A stretch of DNA of 64,000 nucleotides from Monocercomonoides exilis PA203 (GCA_001643675.2 LSRY02000010.1:1240001-1304000); one strand, 5' to 3'; counted from the first letter of the stretch, positions 36,536 to 50,347 are shown. The notes: generated by a model from the letters alone, not told the origin. Translations and numbers: made by a program.

Positions 36536-39500
36536 AAATAACAATAATCATAAGAAAAATTATAATTTCAAAAAAGCGGTTTAAAAAAAAAAATGTTTGA
36601 TGAATTCAAACCGGAACGCACAAGTCCTTTCTCTTTGGTCACATTCACAATTGACTTGTTGTCTGCCCATTCTGTGTCTGATTCTGAAAGAGCCTTTTTG
36701 AAAAACATTGGCACTTCAATTGCAACATCACGTGTGACTGGAATACAGTCGATGACGCAATGTCTGCCTGCTTTGACTGTCTTTTGGACTTTTAATAGGG
36801 AATCATTTATTTAAAACAAAACCAACAATAAATATGAGTTAAAAAAAAGAAAGAAAGAAAGAAAATCCAAAAATTAAGAATCTCTTTATTCAAACGCATA
36901 ACTTCAACCACAACAAACCTCCAATGCCTGCCAGTGGATCGAACGGATCAACTGCGCTGTGCTGCACTCCCACAGCGCATTCAGTGAACAAACACACTCG
37001 ATCGCCCCAGGAAGCATACATCTTTCTGAGCGAGGCTTTGAAACGAGCGATTTCTGCCTGCGCATCGGGATCGCAGAGAAGAGAGGATGAAGTGTGGGTG
37101 AAAGGGGTTAGGATACAATGGCCTGTGTGTTTGAGGAAGAAGAAAATGAATGAGTGAAGAGGGGAAAGATATATATAATGATCATAATGTTCATGTCAAT
37201 AAAAATATTTATATGAAGAAATAAGAAAAGGAAAGGAAAAGGAAAAAAGAAAAGAAAGAAAAGAAAAGAAAAGAAATAAATAAATAAATAAAACTGAATC
37301 TCATGTTTCATCCTGCAGACCTTCACTTAGGCTGTTGTGTGCAACCAATGAAAGACATACAAAATTCCCTGTTGCAATTACAAGATCTCCTCTGAACTTG
37401 GCTGATCCAATGCAATACAGACACGACGACTCGATTTTCTTGGAAACTTGATGAGCTAAAAAATGTGGTATGCGAAATAAAAATTTAATAGATTAAAAAC
37501 ATTGAAGAAATTGTTTCAAAATACAGGGAAAAAAAAAAGAAAAAATAAAAGTGAAAAATTATTATGAAGCATTGATGAATATAAATTTATTTATTTAGCA
37601 ATCACAATTTATGATTCAGACAAATAAACTAATTTCGATGTAATTTTTCAAACCTTGTTTCGCCAATCTCATATCCATCTGTCTTTGTGACGCAAAGGTC
37701 TCTTTCCTTTCTCTTCCACTTCCTCTTTGAATCTTCTTTCCTTTCTCCTTTTGCACCCCTTGTCCATCCTCATCTTCCTCTCCATCATCCCACTTCCCAA
37801 ACCGTGTACCATCTGTATCATACGCCTCATCCGCATCTCTTCCTTCTCTCAGCTCCTCCTTCATCATCTTCTTCATCTGCGCCCTCATTTCTTCTCTGCT
37901 CGTGTCTGGAATCAGCCCTTTCTCTGCCTGCAGCATCGTCAGCAGCTCCGAAGAGTGTCCGAACTTCGACGAGCTGTCAAACGAGGCAGTGACAGGCGAG
38001 GGAGAAGGAGAAGGAAACGGCGAATGAGAAAGCGAATGCGAAGAAGAAGAAGAAGGTGTCATTGATGCAGCTGGCGAGCTCTGTGATGAATTGCTCACTG
38101 GCGATCTCAGAGGCATTCCTGTGTGGTCTATCAGCGGAAGCACAACAGTTTCCCGCCCTTCTTTTCCTGCTTCTTTTGATTGCGTCTCAACTCCTTCGTA
38201 TTCTCCTTCTCCTTCGCTCTGCAGCATCCGCAGCCTGGCGATTGTCTCTCCTCTCAAGTGGCTTGAGAACTGCTGGTTGCCATTTGCTGGTAAAGAAGAA
38301 GAAGATGAAGAAGAATTAGAAGAGGCAGATGCAGAGTTAGCTGGCGAAGCGAGTGAAATACCAGACGATGGGCCAGCAATTCGAGGCGTCGGCTTTGAAA
38401 CAAGAGGCAGCTTGTTCATTAGGCGCGCCCTCATTTCTGCAGCAGCATTTCTGTTGGCCGAGACAGTGGGTGCTGAAGGAGCTGGTGTTGAAGGCAAAGA
38501 CGAAGATGATTGTGAAAGGGGTGATGATGTGTTTGGAGTAAAAGAAGTTGAAGAAAGGGAAGAAGAGGAAGAGGAAGAGGAAGAAGTGGAGGAGGAAGAT
38601 GATGTTTGATAATTGTTGTTTCTATGTTCATTTTGAAAGGCTTGCGAAGAATTGAATGAAGATTTCTGCGTGATGGTGTGCTCTTGTTGTGACTCGTGCA
38701 TATTGTCAGCCTTTTTCATATTTTCAGCATTGTTCTCTTTGGAAGCCCCAAAAAAGGAATGCACTTCAGCTTTTTCAAACGCTATGTGAGTTTGTGAATG
38801 AGATGAACTTGAAGATTTTGTTGATTCACCATGTATCATTTCTCTGTTGTGGTGAAATGCATTTTGAGAAGAAGCAGAATCTTCATTAATTTTTGTTTTT
38901 CTAGTTGATGAACGGCTCTCAGAAAAGGGAAGGGGGGAAGGAGACGAAGATGGTGAAGCCATTGACGAAGGCTGTCTTTTCCACTTTAATGAATTTCTAT
39001 CTCTGGAGACTGGAGAAGGTGAAGGAGATGGTTGTGGTGAAGGAGATAAATGAGGTTCGGAGGGGTATTGATGTCTTCTATAAGAGTGATGATCATCTCT
39101 TCTAGAATCTTCATCGTTTTCTCTTGAAGAAGGAGAGGAATAATCCGGAAATTGCCTTTTTTTGGAAGGCTCAATTGATCCATTATCTATTTGATCTCCT
39201 CTCCTTCGAGAAATAGTACTTCTCTTAATTGCTAATTCTCTTCTTCCTTCTGCGGAATCAGGATCAATCACTCCAAGTTTTAACAAATCTTCAAGCTTTC
39301 CCCATCTGTCTTCAACAATCTCCTCCAAGGAACGTCCTGTTCTTTTTGATTCATCCTTTGCTCGTTTCAGTAATTGCCCCCGCCATAATGCTCCTCCATC
39401 GCTTTGCGGTGCTTTTGTTTCTTTTGTGGATACTTGCGGCTCGTAAGTCTTTGCTGTTAAATGAAAATGGAAAAAATTATTGATTGTCAAAGAAAAAAAA

Positions 39501-39724
39501 AACACAAACGAATAGGAATCCCATCTCTCACATATGGATTAAGCTCTCGTGGATGAGGTTTTAATTGCTAATGAAAAGTTCCTTTATTTTATTCATTCAT
39601 AAAAGAAATGATAAACCTTCTCAAATTCAGCTTGAGCAGCAGCCTTTCTTTTTTCAACTTCTGTAGTTGTTAGATCAGTAAAAAAAGATTCATCTAACAT
39701 CCAGTCATGATGTTTTTTTGCCAT
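36012..39724 (-). CDS. CWF19L2: CWF19-like protein 2 (CwfJ family splicing factor)
   Basis: GGALWRGQLLKRAKDESKRTGRSLEEIVEDRWG; CLYC...GHCILTP (CwfJ_C_1); VPKELPFFYIEF..GYAHIIED..F..DFGRSII..FSPFDWT (CwfJ_C_2). Confidence 0.88.
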
Positions 39725-39804
39725 TAACAAGTAATTACCTGGCCTAAAGAAAAGTTTATTTTTCGATGGAAAAAAAATATTTATAATTGCCGAATGATCG
39801 TTCA

Positions 39805-40840
39805 ATGAGTTCAAAACTCTCTCGTTCTTTGACAAAAAAGCAGAGTGAATTGGGTATGATTTCTTATTTTATACAAAATTGCGTTTAAAATTGTTTTAGA
39901 TCGGCAAGAAGACACAATAAGACAGATTGACCCATCTTCACCAGCGGCAAGGTTTTATTTATTTTCTTTCTTTCTGAAATCAGAATCATCTTTTCATTCA
40001 ATGTACATCATAGACTCAATGTTTTATCAAAGAAGGCATCTGACGTTTTGTCTGATCAACAAAGGCTTGCCTTGAAAATAAAGCAAGAAGATGAAATTAA
40101 GTTTGTTCTCTTTTAGTTAAAAATATAATTAATGAGCAATATGTTTTCATTAGAATGAAAGAATTGAAAAATGACTTAAGCAATTTAAAAAATGAGTTGA
40201 CAAAAGAAGTTAAGGAAAGACAGGAATCTGGTCAAACACTTCAAACAAATATTGATGATACTGCAGCAAAAACTTTAGATCATTTCAATGAAAATACAAA
40301 AGAAAAAATGTCTTCACTTATTCCTTCTCTTGAATCTCTTACTGCTCGATTCGTTCCTGTCGGTTTGCATGTTCTGTTTGATAATCTTATCTATTTAAAC
40401 TGTATTTTAAAGATCGAGATGTTCTTGAAAAGGAATTTGAATTAAAGCAACTCGAAGATCAATCTTTATTATTAATCCAACAACTTGGAACTTTTCAAAA
40501 AGCTCTTGCTGCAGAAAAGGAGAGAAGAATTACAGAAGAGGCTCAACTTCAAGCCCATCTTCAAACACTTTCTTCAAGACTTGCAACAGAAATGGCCGAA
40601 ACACATGCAGAAATGACTGGACAAATTAAGCAATTGCGGGAAAAGTTGGTCGAAATTGAAGAAAAGCATGCTGAAGATAAGAGAGAGTTGAACGCCATGG
40701 TTGACGAATTAAGTGAGTCAATTGTCGCTCGTCTTTCGGAAGAAAAAAAGACAAGAGAAAAAGAAGAGGGGGCAGTGACGGATACGGTTGAAAAGGTCTT
40801 TGGAGGATTGAAGGATGGGCTTATGGAGTTGGATAAATAG
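39805..40840 (+). CDS. Coiled-coil protein resembling SF-assemblin/beta-giardin (multi-exon)
   Basis: Heptad-rich; repeated ExxxRxxxE motifs (EVKERQES, EKERRITEE, EKKTREKEE) and C-terminal TVEKVFGGLKDGL. Confidence 0.5.
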
Positions 40841-41102
40841 CATTTCATTGTTACAAATCATTTATCTTTTATTTATTATTTTTTTCATTTTTTTCAATAT
40901 GTTTCAAAGTCAGTCTTAAACATAATTTTCATTACAATTTCTAAATCTTTAATGAGAAGCTGATATAATCTCCTCATTAAGCTTGACCAACCTCATCCTG
41001 CTGACGAAAACAAATAATTGTACTTGAAGAATCTGTTTAAAAGCGAGAAGTGAATTGCAAAATAGGAGGAAATGGAGAGTGCGATATGAATGTAATGAAT
41101 AA

Positions 41103-41780
41103 TTAACGTTCTGCGCGCACAGAGCACAGACGTTGAGCCCTGCGTAGAATTGCATCTTTTGAAGAGTCATACTATTATTGTTTGCAAATTTTGTGCAAAA
41201 GATAGATAAATTGCAACAAAGAATGAATGGCCAAAAAAACTCAAACCTCTTTTTCTTTTCCGGGAACTTCAAGGATTGCTGGAAGTGGTGCAGAGTATTC
41301 TTCAACTGTTTCTCGAATCATCTCAGCTATCTTTGAAAAAAGAAAAAATTGTTTGAAAATGTGAAAAAATATGATTGAAATAAGTGCAATAAATACATGT
41401 TGCGTCATTATTAATATTCCTATGTCAGGGCGCGTAGTAAATTTGTGAAATGCTTCTGCAACTTGATCAACAGTAGTTTCTATCATTTGATTTTTTGTTG
41501 AATACGTTCAGACAGAAATAAAGAAAGAAGCAGAGCATGTAGAATTGGTAAATTTTTCAAAAATATAATACTTGAATCTACAATGAAATAGTTTGTGTTA
41601 TGAGTTGAATCAAGATGCCCAATTCCCGTTAGAAGTAATCCAGTAACAAGATCCTAAATAATCAGCAATTAAGCATAATATTCCTTTGAGAAAAAAGAAA
41701 GTGAAATGCTTTATTAAAAATGGAACCTCTTCTCCAATTACAGCAATTAAAAGGCTTCCTTCTCGAACTCTTTTGGCCAT
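41103..41780 (-). CDS. ATP6V1F: V-type H+-ATPase subunit F (multi-exon)
   Basis: LIAVIGEE, TGLLLTGIG, NYFIVD, FHKFTTRPDIGILIMTQHIAEMIR, PAILEVPGK, YDSSKDAILRRAQ. Confidence 0.93.
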
Positions 41781-41888
41781 AATATGTAACGCATGGGTCG
41801 GATCAAAAAATCTTTTTGTTGTAAAAAAAGGTGAAATGTTCGATATAAACATAAATATGAAGTGAAAGTATATAAAAATAATATGTTA

Positions 41889-43073
41889 TCAATAGCGATG
41901 AGATTTAGGACCCCATAAAAGTCTTTGCCTTTCTTCTTCTTTTCTCTTGTTTCTTTCAATAGCTGCATCAAAACGCCTTTCCGCTTCATCAAAACTAAAT
42001 TCCGATTGCATTCGCGCTGGACCTTGTGGAGTTGATCGACGATACATTGTATCGTGTTGTCTTCGTTTTCTAAGCAAAGGTTCACGATCATTGTTCGAGC
42101 TATCCTCATCGTCGTCTGGAGAAGAATCGTCTCCGCTTTCATCATAATCACCCTCATCGCTGCTAGAAAGCTCTTGCAGTTGTTTTTTTGTAAGCTCTTC
42201 ATCACTACTGAGTCCAAGTTCCTTTTTTTTAATTCGTATTCTTTCTCCTTTTCTAAGAAGCGCTGCAAGTCTTTCCTTTTCCGTCATCGGAATCTTTTTC
42301 TTCTTTTCTTTATTCACAAACATTTTTGAAACCAGACGATAGGCGACATATCCAATAACAAACATGATTGACACAACAATGAAAACAGTGGTGAAAATAG
42401 TAGTTAAAATCTTAAATGCTTCTGCAGAAGGAGAAGGCTTTCGTGGTTTAAGAGGAGAAACTTCTTTTGGTTTTCTAAGTTCTGGAGGAGGAAGGGTATA
42501 TACAGTATCGTTATCATCAACATGGAACATCATTCCAAGTTTAGCAGTGGAAAACCAATTACGATTTTTGATAACAATGCTAAATGGACAGTAGGCAATA
42601 TCCATCTGCAATTCTGGATGTGTGTGACTAACTTGCATCGGAACTTTTGCGCATTCAAGCCATTCAACCTGCATAAAGGTTACTGTATAAAATATAAAAA
42701 CTAACAATTTCAAACAAAATATGGCGGTTTGGAAACAAAATCTTTTGGCGCATTAAATTTTTGTATTCCGTATCCAGGAACTACTTTATATTGAAATCTA
42801 TCCTTGAAAAATCTTCTGTTTGATTCAATGTAAAAAGACACTTTATATCTATTTGGAGTGTCATCTCTATGTGCAGGAGGATAGACAGAGCAAGCAAAAT
42901 TTTTTTGTCTCCAAACATTTTCTGTCTTTAAAATTGAATCAAAAAGGAAAGTTAATGATAAATACGAATTTGGTTTTTCTCTCATAAAAGTTGCATACCA
43001 AAACTTTATGACAGTTGGGAAATGGAACACATAAATTTTGTTGTATGCAACATAATACAAAACAACAAAACAT
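41889..43073 (-). CDS. Putative type-I membrane protein of unknown function
   Basis: Hydrophobic N-terminus (MFCCFVLCC), luminal exons, TM segment ILTTIFTTVFIVVSIMFVIGYVAY followed by basic and acidic cytoplasmic tail. Confidence 0.6.
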
Positions 43074-43247
43074 AATTTCCAGGATACCGCAACAGTTTTT
43101 TGATTTGTGAAAAATATTATGTTCTGGGAAATATTTTCACTGTGTTGTTTTTCAACTATTGTTGGCCGTTGATTATTAGTTAATTGTTTTATTGTCCATT
43201 GTCAAAAAACATGATTATTGATCAGTGATTTATATAACATATATTAA

Positions 43248-44871
43248 ATGACAAAGGTTGTCGTTTCTAATCTTCCTCCAACGTTTAAGGAAGAAGATTT
43301 TTGGTCGACGATACAAGACTTTCTACCTAAATGTTCATTCAAATATTTTGTAGCTGGAAAAGTGAGGTTTCAAATTTTCAAATATTGTTCTTTTTTGTTC
43401 GATATAAGCTTTATTAAAATCTACCACATGAAACCAAAAAATAATTTCATACAAATAGCGAGAATTTGAAAGTTCCAGCTCGAGCTTATCTTGTTTTCCT
43501 CAAATTAGAAGATATTGCACAGTTTTTTCAGTTTATCAATGGAAAACACTTAACTGACGATAAATCTGGTGAATGGAAAAGTTTGGATAACTAATTTTTT
43601 CTTTTATTAGCGTAGTTATATTGAATTTTTTGGCTATTATTAGTTACTATTGAACAGGCAGTAAATCAGCGAATTCCAGATCCGATCAAGCCAAAAAAAC
43701 GTGATATGGAAAAGGCTGGAACGATTTTTAAGGGTAATATTTTATGGATTTTCGATTTGATTTTTTGACTTCAACATTTAATTTGATAAAGATCCTGATT
43801 ATTTACTTTTTTTGTCAGCGTTGCATAATCCTGAGGAAGCTCTTCGTAGGGAAGAGAAATATCACACATATGATGAGGATGACGTTGGGCAAGGTTCAAT
43901 ATATTTGATTGCTTACTTGGAAAATATTGTTTATTTTGTTTTTATTTTCTGAAATTCAGGAAATCATGGAGCCGAGGAAACAACTCCTTTGGTTGATTTC
44001 TTAAACAAACGTCATCAAATGGAAAAGGCTAAAGCAGAAAGTCACAAAAGGCACGAAAAAGAAGTATGTGCTTTTCAATCGTATTTTTTTTTTTTTTTTG
44101 AATGTTACACCTTTTTGTTTTTCACAAATTGTTTTTGAAATAAATAAAATAAATATTATTATATAATATCTACTTAATTTTTTTTTTGATTTTTTTGAAT
44201 CATAGACCAAAGAAGAGAAAAGGAAGAAGAAGAAGGAGATGCGATACATCGGAAGCGCAGCACGCGCAGAGAAAGCAGCCCCGAAAGTGAAGCTTTTGAC
44301 CCGCCAATCAACATATTCCTCTTCTTCGTCTAATTCCAGTTCATCTTCAACCTCAAGTTCTAATTCAAGTTCATCAAGCTCTTCAAATTCAAGTTCAAGC
44401 CCAAGCTCTGGTTCAGGCTCAAGTTCGAGTTCGCATTCACAGAAAGGAGCAACCAAACTGGTCACGACATACATTGGAAGCAAAGCAGCAATCTCCAAAC
44501 AGAATCACTATGTGCCTTCTGCTGAGAAAGACAAGTCTTCTTCTCAGATAACTTCTTCTGCGAATAAAGCGAACTCTTCTTCGGATACTTCTTCTTCCTC
44601 TTCCTCCTCTTCAACAGCTTCTTCCTCCACCTCTTCTTCTTTGTCTTCTTCTTCGACTTCATACTCTTCTCCATCTTCTTCTTCTTCTTCTTCAACTTCG
44701 TATTCTTCATCAATGGCCCATCCAACAATCATATCAAAGCCCTCGGCCACAACATCCACCCTCCTCCAAATGGCTTCTGCTGCTCTATCTTCTTCTTCCT
44801 CCTCTTCTTCTTCCTCTAATTCCTCTAATTCTTCTTCTTCTATTTCTTCAAACTCTTATTCTTCTCCACTG

Positions 44872-44903
<32 letters not shown>

Positions 44904-45378
44904 GACAACGTACAGCTCCATTGGCTCATCGGCTGTTTCGTCTCTTTCTCCGCCTCCAACTCTTCCTCCATCTTCCACAACTTATTCTTCCTCTTCTTAT
45001 TCTTCTTATTCGTCCTCTGCTTCTATTCAGTCTTCTCTTTCCCCTTCTCCTCCCCTTCCTTCCATTCCCTCTTCTTCCTCCTCCTCTTCTCATTCTTCCT
45101 CTTCGTCTCATCGCAATCAGACCTTCACTTATACTCCCTCCTCCTCTTCTTCTCCTCCTCCCCCAACACAAACTTCCCAAACCTCTTCTCTTTATAGTTA
45201 TTCTCCTGCACATAATTCCCCCAATGTGTATACGCCTTCAAATGCATCATCAGGTTCCATGTCTGACTCATCGTCTGCTTCAGGTCAACTCCTCCAGTCC
45301 AACATTTATCGGAGGGATAAGGGACAAAAGGCTTTTCATTATCATACATCTGGTGGTCGCCAATCAAGAAGATCTTGA
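43248..45378 (+). CDS. UPF3: Nonsense-mediated decay factor UPF3 (Smg4/UPF3 RRM-like domain) with Ser-rich tail
   Basis: KVVVSNLPP, YFVAGK, ARAYLVF, EQAVNQRIP, GTIFKDPDYLLFL, TTPLVDFL across GT-AG exons. Confidence 0.88.
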
Positions 45379-45577
45379 ATTTTGAAAGTGCAAATTGTTA
45401 ATAATCTCGGTTTTTTTCTCCGGATCTTATATAGATCAGTGACTGAATTCCCCGTAGAGCTGTGCCTTCTCGAATGAATTGCCGTTGCAGAATTTTTTTA
45501 ACCACAATTTTTTAAATTTTCTATCATATTGATCTTTTGATTATTTTTTCAAAGATTGGAGAAGAGAACAATTATTA

Positions 45578-48500
45578 ATGAGCGACACCACCAATCAATT
45601 TAAGATTAATTTCCAGAAAACAATTATCTCGCTTATTTCTACGGTTTTAAAATAATTTTGTCGTTTATTTAAAAATTATTATTTCTGTAAGACTCCACCT
45701 CCACATGCTTTTTATGTGGAACCAGATTTGATAAATGCGATTGAATTGCTTTTCTATTCAAGCCCTCAACAGGTTTTTTATTTGAATTTCAAGTCTTAAT
45801 ATTCTTTCACATTTTTTATATTTGCATAGAATCCTGGATTTGCTTCACTAAATTCAATTCCTTTAACTCCTTTCACAACAATACCAACTGGAACAAATTG
45901 CATTTTTATGGTTCGAGCAAGCGTTGCAGCAATCTCGTGCATTTCACGTTTCTCAGGTCAGAATAACAAAGCGAAAATTCTCTTTGTTCCTCATGTAACG
46001 GAGCACGTTAAAACATTTTTGAATGATATTAATGAATTGCCTATCGAATGTCTTTCATTTGATTGGTCTTATTCATTTTTGGATTTGGATCTCTTTCATT
46101 TTCATCTTCCTCGTTGTCTTCATGATACCCTCATGGTATGCGTTTTTTTGTAAACATTGATATTGTCGTTTAATCGTATGTATCTATTTTTTCAGGATAA
46201 TAATATTTCATCGACTCCAATTATTGCGCAAGGGCTTTATGATATATTTCAAAAGTCTTCTTTGCCTCAAAGATTCGTTGTGAAAGGAGATCTGAGCCAG
46301 GTGGTGTTCGCGCAATTGCTCCGCTTGTTTGCAAAGCCTCCCCAAATGTCGCAGTCCGGTTCGGGGTCGACTTCATCGGACGGCCAAATGCTTGCTCCTG
46401 GAGCTGTTCCACCAGAGAAGAAAGGACTGGAATTCTTTCCCTACACTCCACCAGCCATTCCATTCATCATTTCAAACGCATTCATTTTTGATCGGACTGT
46501 CGACATGATAACTCCGTTTCTGACTGAGCACACGTACAGCGGGAGGATGCTGGAGCTTCTTGAGAATGACTCAGGTTTGTGCTTGAAATGAAGGAAGAAA
46601 ATAATAATAAAATAATAATAATAAAATATCTTTTAAAAAGTAAAAATTTATAAAACGCTTTGCTTCAATAATGAAAATGATATATCAATAAATAAATATC
46701 TTTTTCGTTTTAATTTTATTTATCGTATCTTCTTTTATGTGCTCCTTTTTTTTTAAATTCCTCAACTTTTTTTTTGTTCAACAATTTTTTAAAACTCAGA
46801 ACTCTTCGTTCGCTTCACCCCCAAGCCATCGCCTAGTGGCCCTGCTTCCCTTGGCTCCTCTTCCGCATCCTCGAGCTCTGGTTCCTCCAAAGGCGATCCG
46901 ATGCATCTGGCTGTGCTGTCGTGCAAGGACAGTGTATGGACAATCACTGACGGGCTGTTCTTTGACCAGGCCCTGAGCAAAATGGAGAGCACGTACAACA
47001 ATCTGATGGAGGCTGTGCAGAACAAAAGCTCCAAGGGGATGGACGACCTGCTGCAGCTGGTGAAGACGCTGCCGGCGATGAAGGCGATGCAGACTTCGAT
47101 CCTCGATGTGCACAAGAACATCGTCAAGGAGCTCACGCCAATGACGGGATCAAGGCCATACACAGACCGGGTGAAGCTGGAGCTGAATGTGCTCGATGGT
47201 ACTGAGAAGACTGAGAGCACGTCTGACTGCGTGGCGGGGCTGAACCCGAAGACGGCAGTGGTGTTCGACCAGGAGAAGAAGAAGAAGTCGTCGAGCGACG
47301 TCACGTCGTCAGTGTACATGAAGAAGGGCTTCTTCTCACTGATGGGCAACAAAGGCGCAGACAGGGACGTCATGAGCCACACAGAAGATGTCAAGCAGTA
47401 TGTTGAGCAGTCGCTCTTTATGATGCGCCAGCCCACGTTCGCAAAGCACGCTGCACTTTCCAAGTCCTCCTCTGCTTCTGCTAGTCAGCCATCGTTGCTG
47501 TCTTCTTCTCTGTTTGCTTCGTCTTCCTCTTCTTCTTCTTCCTTCGGCGATCCCTCAAACCCGTTCGGCTCACAATTTGTGCCTTCGCTTGCCTCTTTGC
47601 TGAAGCTGCTTGTGCTCCACACGTCTGTGACTGGCGGGTTTAAGGAAGAGGAATTCAACAAAGTCCGCTCGCTGCTTTTGAACTACGTCGGCCACGGCTT
47701 CTTGAAAGTGCTTCTGCAGCTGGAGCAGGCTGGCTTGTTCAAAGCATCTTCTTATTCTCATCTTCCTTTTTCATCTTCACAGGCTCTTACAGCTTTCACA
47801 GATTCTTATTTGTCAAGTTCTCAATCGTCTTCATCGTCTTCCTCTTCTTCTGCACTCTCTTCTTCTCTTTCTTCTTCTCCTGCACCATCCGCATTTGGCT
47901 TATCCTCTTCCTTCTCTTCTTCCTCTTCCTCTTCTTCCTCCTCTGACTCATCCTCCTATCCACACTCCATCTACAACCCGAATCTTTCCCGCTTTACAGG
48001 CAAGTTCCTGAAGCTCGCCCCGCAGCTGCAGTTGATGATGCGTGAAGACGACGGCTCCTATGCGCAGAACAGCCCGTTCCCGCCGATCGATAGAGAAAGA
48101 GATTTTTCTTCCTTGTTTGTTGATTACGCTCCGCTTCTGGTGCGTCTGGTGCAGTTTGCCTTTGCACCGTTTGGATGGAACCAGATGGAGCGCATTTTGG
48201 ATGAATCAGTCGCGGGGAAGACAAGTGTGTGGGTGCGAGCAGAAGGCGCAAGAAGCTCAAAGAGAAAGGAGGAAGAACAATTCGAGCAGCGCGACAGTTC
48301 CAGCGGAGGCAGTGGAAGTGGAAGCTCGTCCTTCTCTTCAGATTCGGATGCCGATGTGGATCCGGTTGAAGAGCGGTTTATCTTTGAGCGGGTATTCAAC
48401 CCGCAGAAGCACAGCATCCAGGAAAAAGCAGAGGAGGAAGACCCCGCAGCAAAGGCCAGCGAGAACGAAGGGGGAATTGCTATACAACACAAACTAACAG

Positions 48501-49000
48501 ACGCTGATGTGGACAGAGTGAAAGACGAAGTGGGGCTGTTTGGCGAAGACGCAGCACTGGCGACTGGAGGTGGAGCCTCTTCGGGTGCGTTGGGCTCAGG
48601 CTCTGCGTTCTCCTCGCAGTCTGCGCCGTCGCCGTGGGTCACAAAAAAATCAAAGGCGGCTGCTCAGTCTACCGTGTCGCCATTAAATGCAGCTATTCAA
48701 GCGAAACAGAGCAGACTGGCACGCTCACCGCCGGCTGCTGAAGAGAATCGCAGGTTCTTTACTGAAGTGCCCTTGTCCTCTTTTCCTCCGATCCCTGTCA
48801 CTCCGCCTTCCGCTTCTTATCCCAGCTCGCCTTCGTCGCCTCCCACAGTTTCGCTTGTTGTTGTGATTGGAGGAATGACGCTCTCAGAACTTTCTTGTTT
48901 TAGACTCTTGTCAAAATACACAGGAAATAAGTTTATCTTTGCAACAACATCTGTTGTTACTGGTGAAATGATGATTGAGCATCTCATTGGGTGGAAATGA
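45578..49000 (+). CDS. VPS33: Sec1/Munc18-family protein, Vps33-like
   Basis: FDRTVDMITPFLTEHTYSG, LEQAGL, YAPLLVRLVQ, LVVVIGGMTLSELSCFRLL, FIFATTSVVTG. Confidence 0.85.
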
Positions 49001-49180
49001 TTTTGTTTTCCTTTCTTTTGGTGTATAAAGGTTTATATTAATATTTTTTGTTGTTGTTTTGAGAAAATTTCTACAAAAGTGTGAAATGACTAAAATATGA
49101 AATGACTAAAATCAGTAACGCAAATTTTTATTTGTAAATTTTCATCAGTGAAATGATTTTTGTGTGATTTCTGGCATGAA

Positions 49181-49618
49181 TTATGTTGTTGAAATTTCAT
49201 TTATTTTTTTCTTCAGAAGATCAGTCATTCCCTGGAGCTGCGTATCTTTTCTAAAGGTTTTATCAAAAATCATCTTAATTTTATTAAAAAATGTAAATGT
49301 TCCTCATGCCTTATCATTAAATTTGGTTGGGCTCCAACAAAGGTTCCACATACTGGGCAATTTTTTGATGTAGAAAAATGATCTAAAATACATTCCTGGC
49401 AAACTAAAAAATGATGTTCATAAATTGATTATGTTCGCTTGCATACAAGAATGAAGACAGTCAGGTAATGTATGAGCGTCAGTGAAAAGTTCTTTGCACA
49501 AAGGGCATGAAAAATGAGACACAATTCTTTGAATAGGAATGTCATCGTTTGTTCCTTCTATTTGTTGGGTAAGTTCTTGTTGAGTTGAATCTGTCTCTTG
49601 TACATCGTCATCTAACAT
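49181..49618 (-). CDS. Small PCGF/BMI1/DRIP-type C3HC4 RING protein; second intron is GC-AG (49309-49251)
   Basis: HFSCPLCKELFTDAHTLPDCLHSFCQECI...CPVC...IRKDTQLQ. Confidence 0.78.
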
Positions 49619-49861
49619 CTTTTATTTTTAAATTTGAACTATATGATTTTTCAAAAAATAAAAAATATATAATTCTTTTTTCATTTCTCCCTGTTGGAAA
49701 AAAAATATATAACTTTTCATTTGTAAAAATTAAGAAAAATAAATTAATGTTGCTTCAAAAAAATACAATCATTATTCAATTGATTTCAACAAAGAACACA
49801 TCATAAAATACAAAATAAAAAATCATTAGCATCAAATAAGTGGGGACTTCAATAATATAAC

Positions 49862-50347
49862 TTATTCCTTCTTTCTGATGCATCCAAGCAGCTTCAAACG
49901 CCCAGTTGTGCGATAGTCTTCTTCATAGAGCTCAAAAGAAGGAACATCCATCCGAAATTCGTACTCTGGATATGATTCTTTCAGTTTCTTTTCCATAGCT
50001 TGAAATCCAGCTCCAATCTCCTTTAAGTCTTTTAGCTGCACAGATAAATATGTTCCTTTCACCAACGTGTACTCTTTCATTCCTTCGGGAACGGCCTTTC
50101 CTTGATCGATTGGTACTGCAGCAACATACAGGAACGGATCACCTTCAGAAGATCCAGTCATGATGGACAACCCGTACGAGTAGTCACCACCGCTCCAAGG
50201 TACTTCCTTCATTCGTGGCATAAATTTGTTTCCCCACAGATCCATGCACTTCTCCTTCACGTCTGCCATCGTGCACATCACCCCAATACCAGCAACTCTT
50301 TCTTCCTCACGTTCCACCAGTTGTACTTCAAGTGTTGTCTCTGACAT
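49862..50347 (-). CDS. GyrI-like small-molecule-binding (effector-binding) domain protein, intronless, bacterial-like
   Basis: VQLVERE..VAGI, LWG.KFMPRM, YVAAVP..VPEGM..YTL..GTY, PSFELY: typical GyrI-like fold pattern; single exon. Confidence 0.82.
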   Translation of the reverse strand: MSETTLEVQLVEREEERVAGIGVMCTMADVKEKCMDLWGNKFMPRMKEVPWSGGDYSYGLSIMTGSSEGDPFLYVAAVPIDQGKAVPEGMKEYTLVKGTYLSVQLKDLKEIGAGFQAMEKKLKESYPEYEFRMDVPSFELYEEDYRTTGRLKLLGCIRKKE

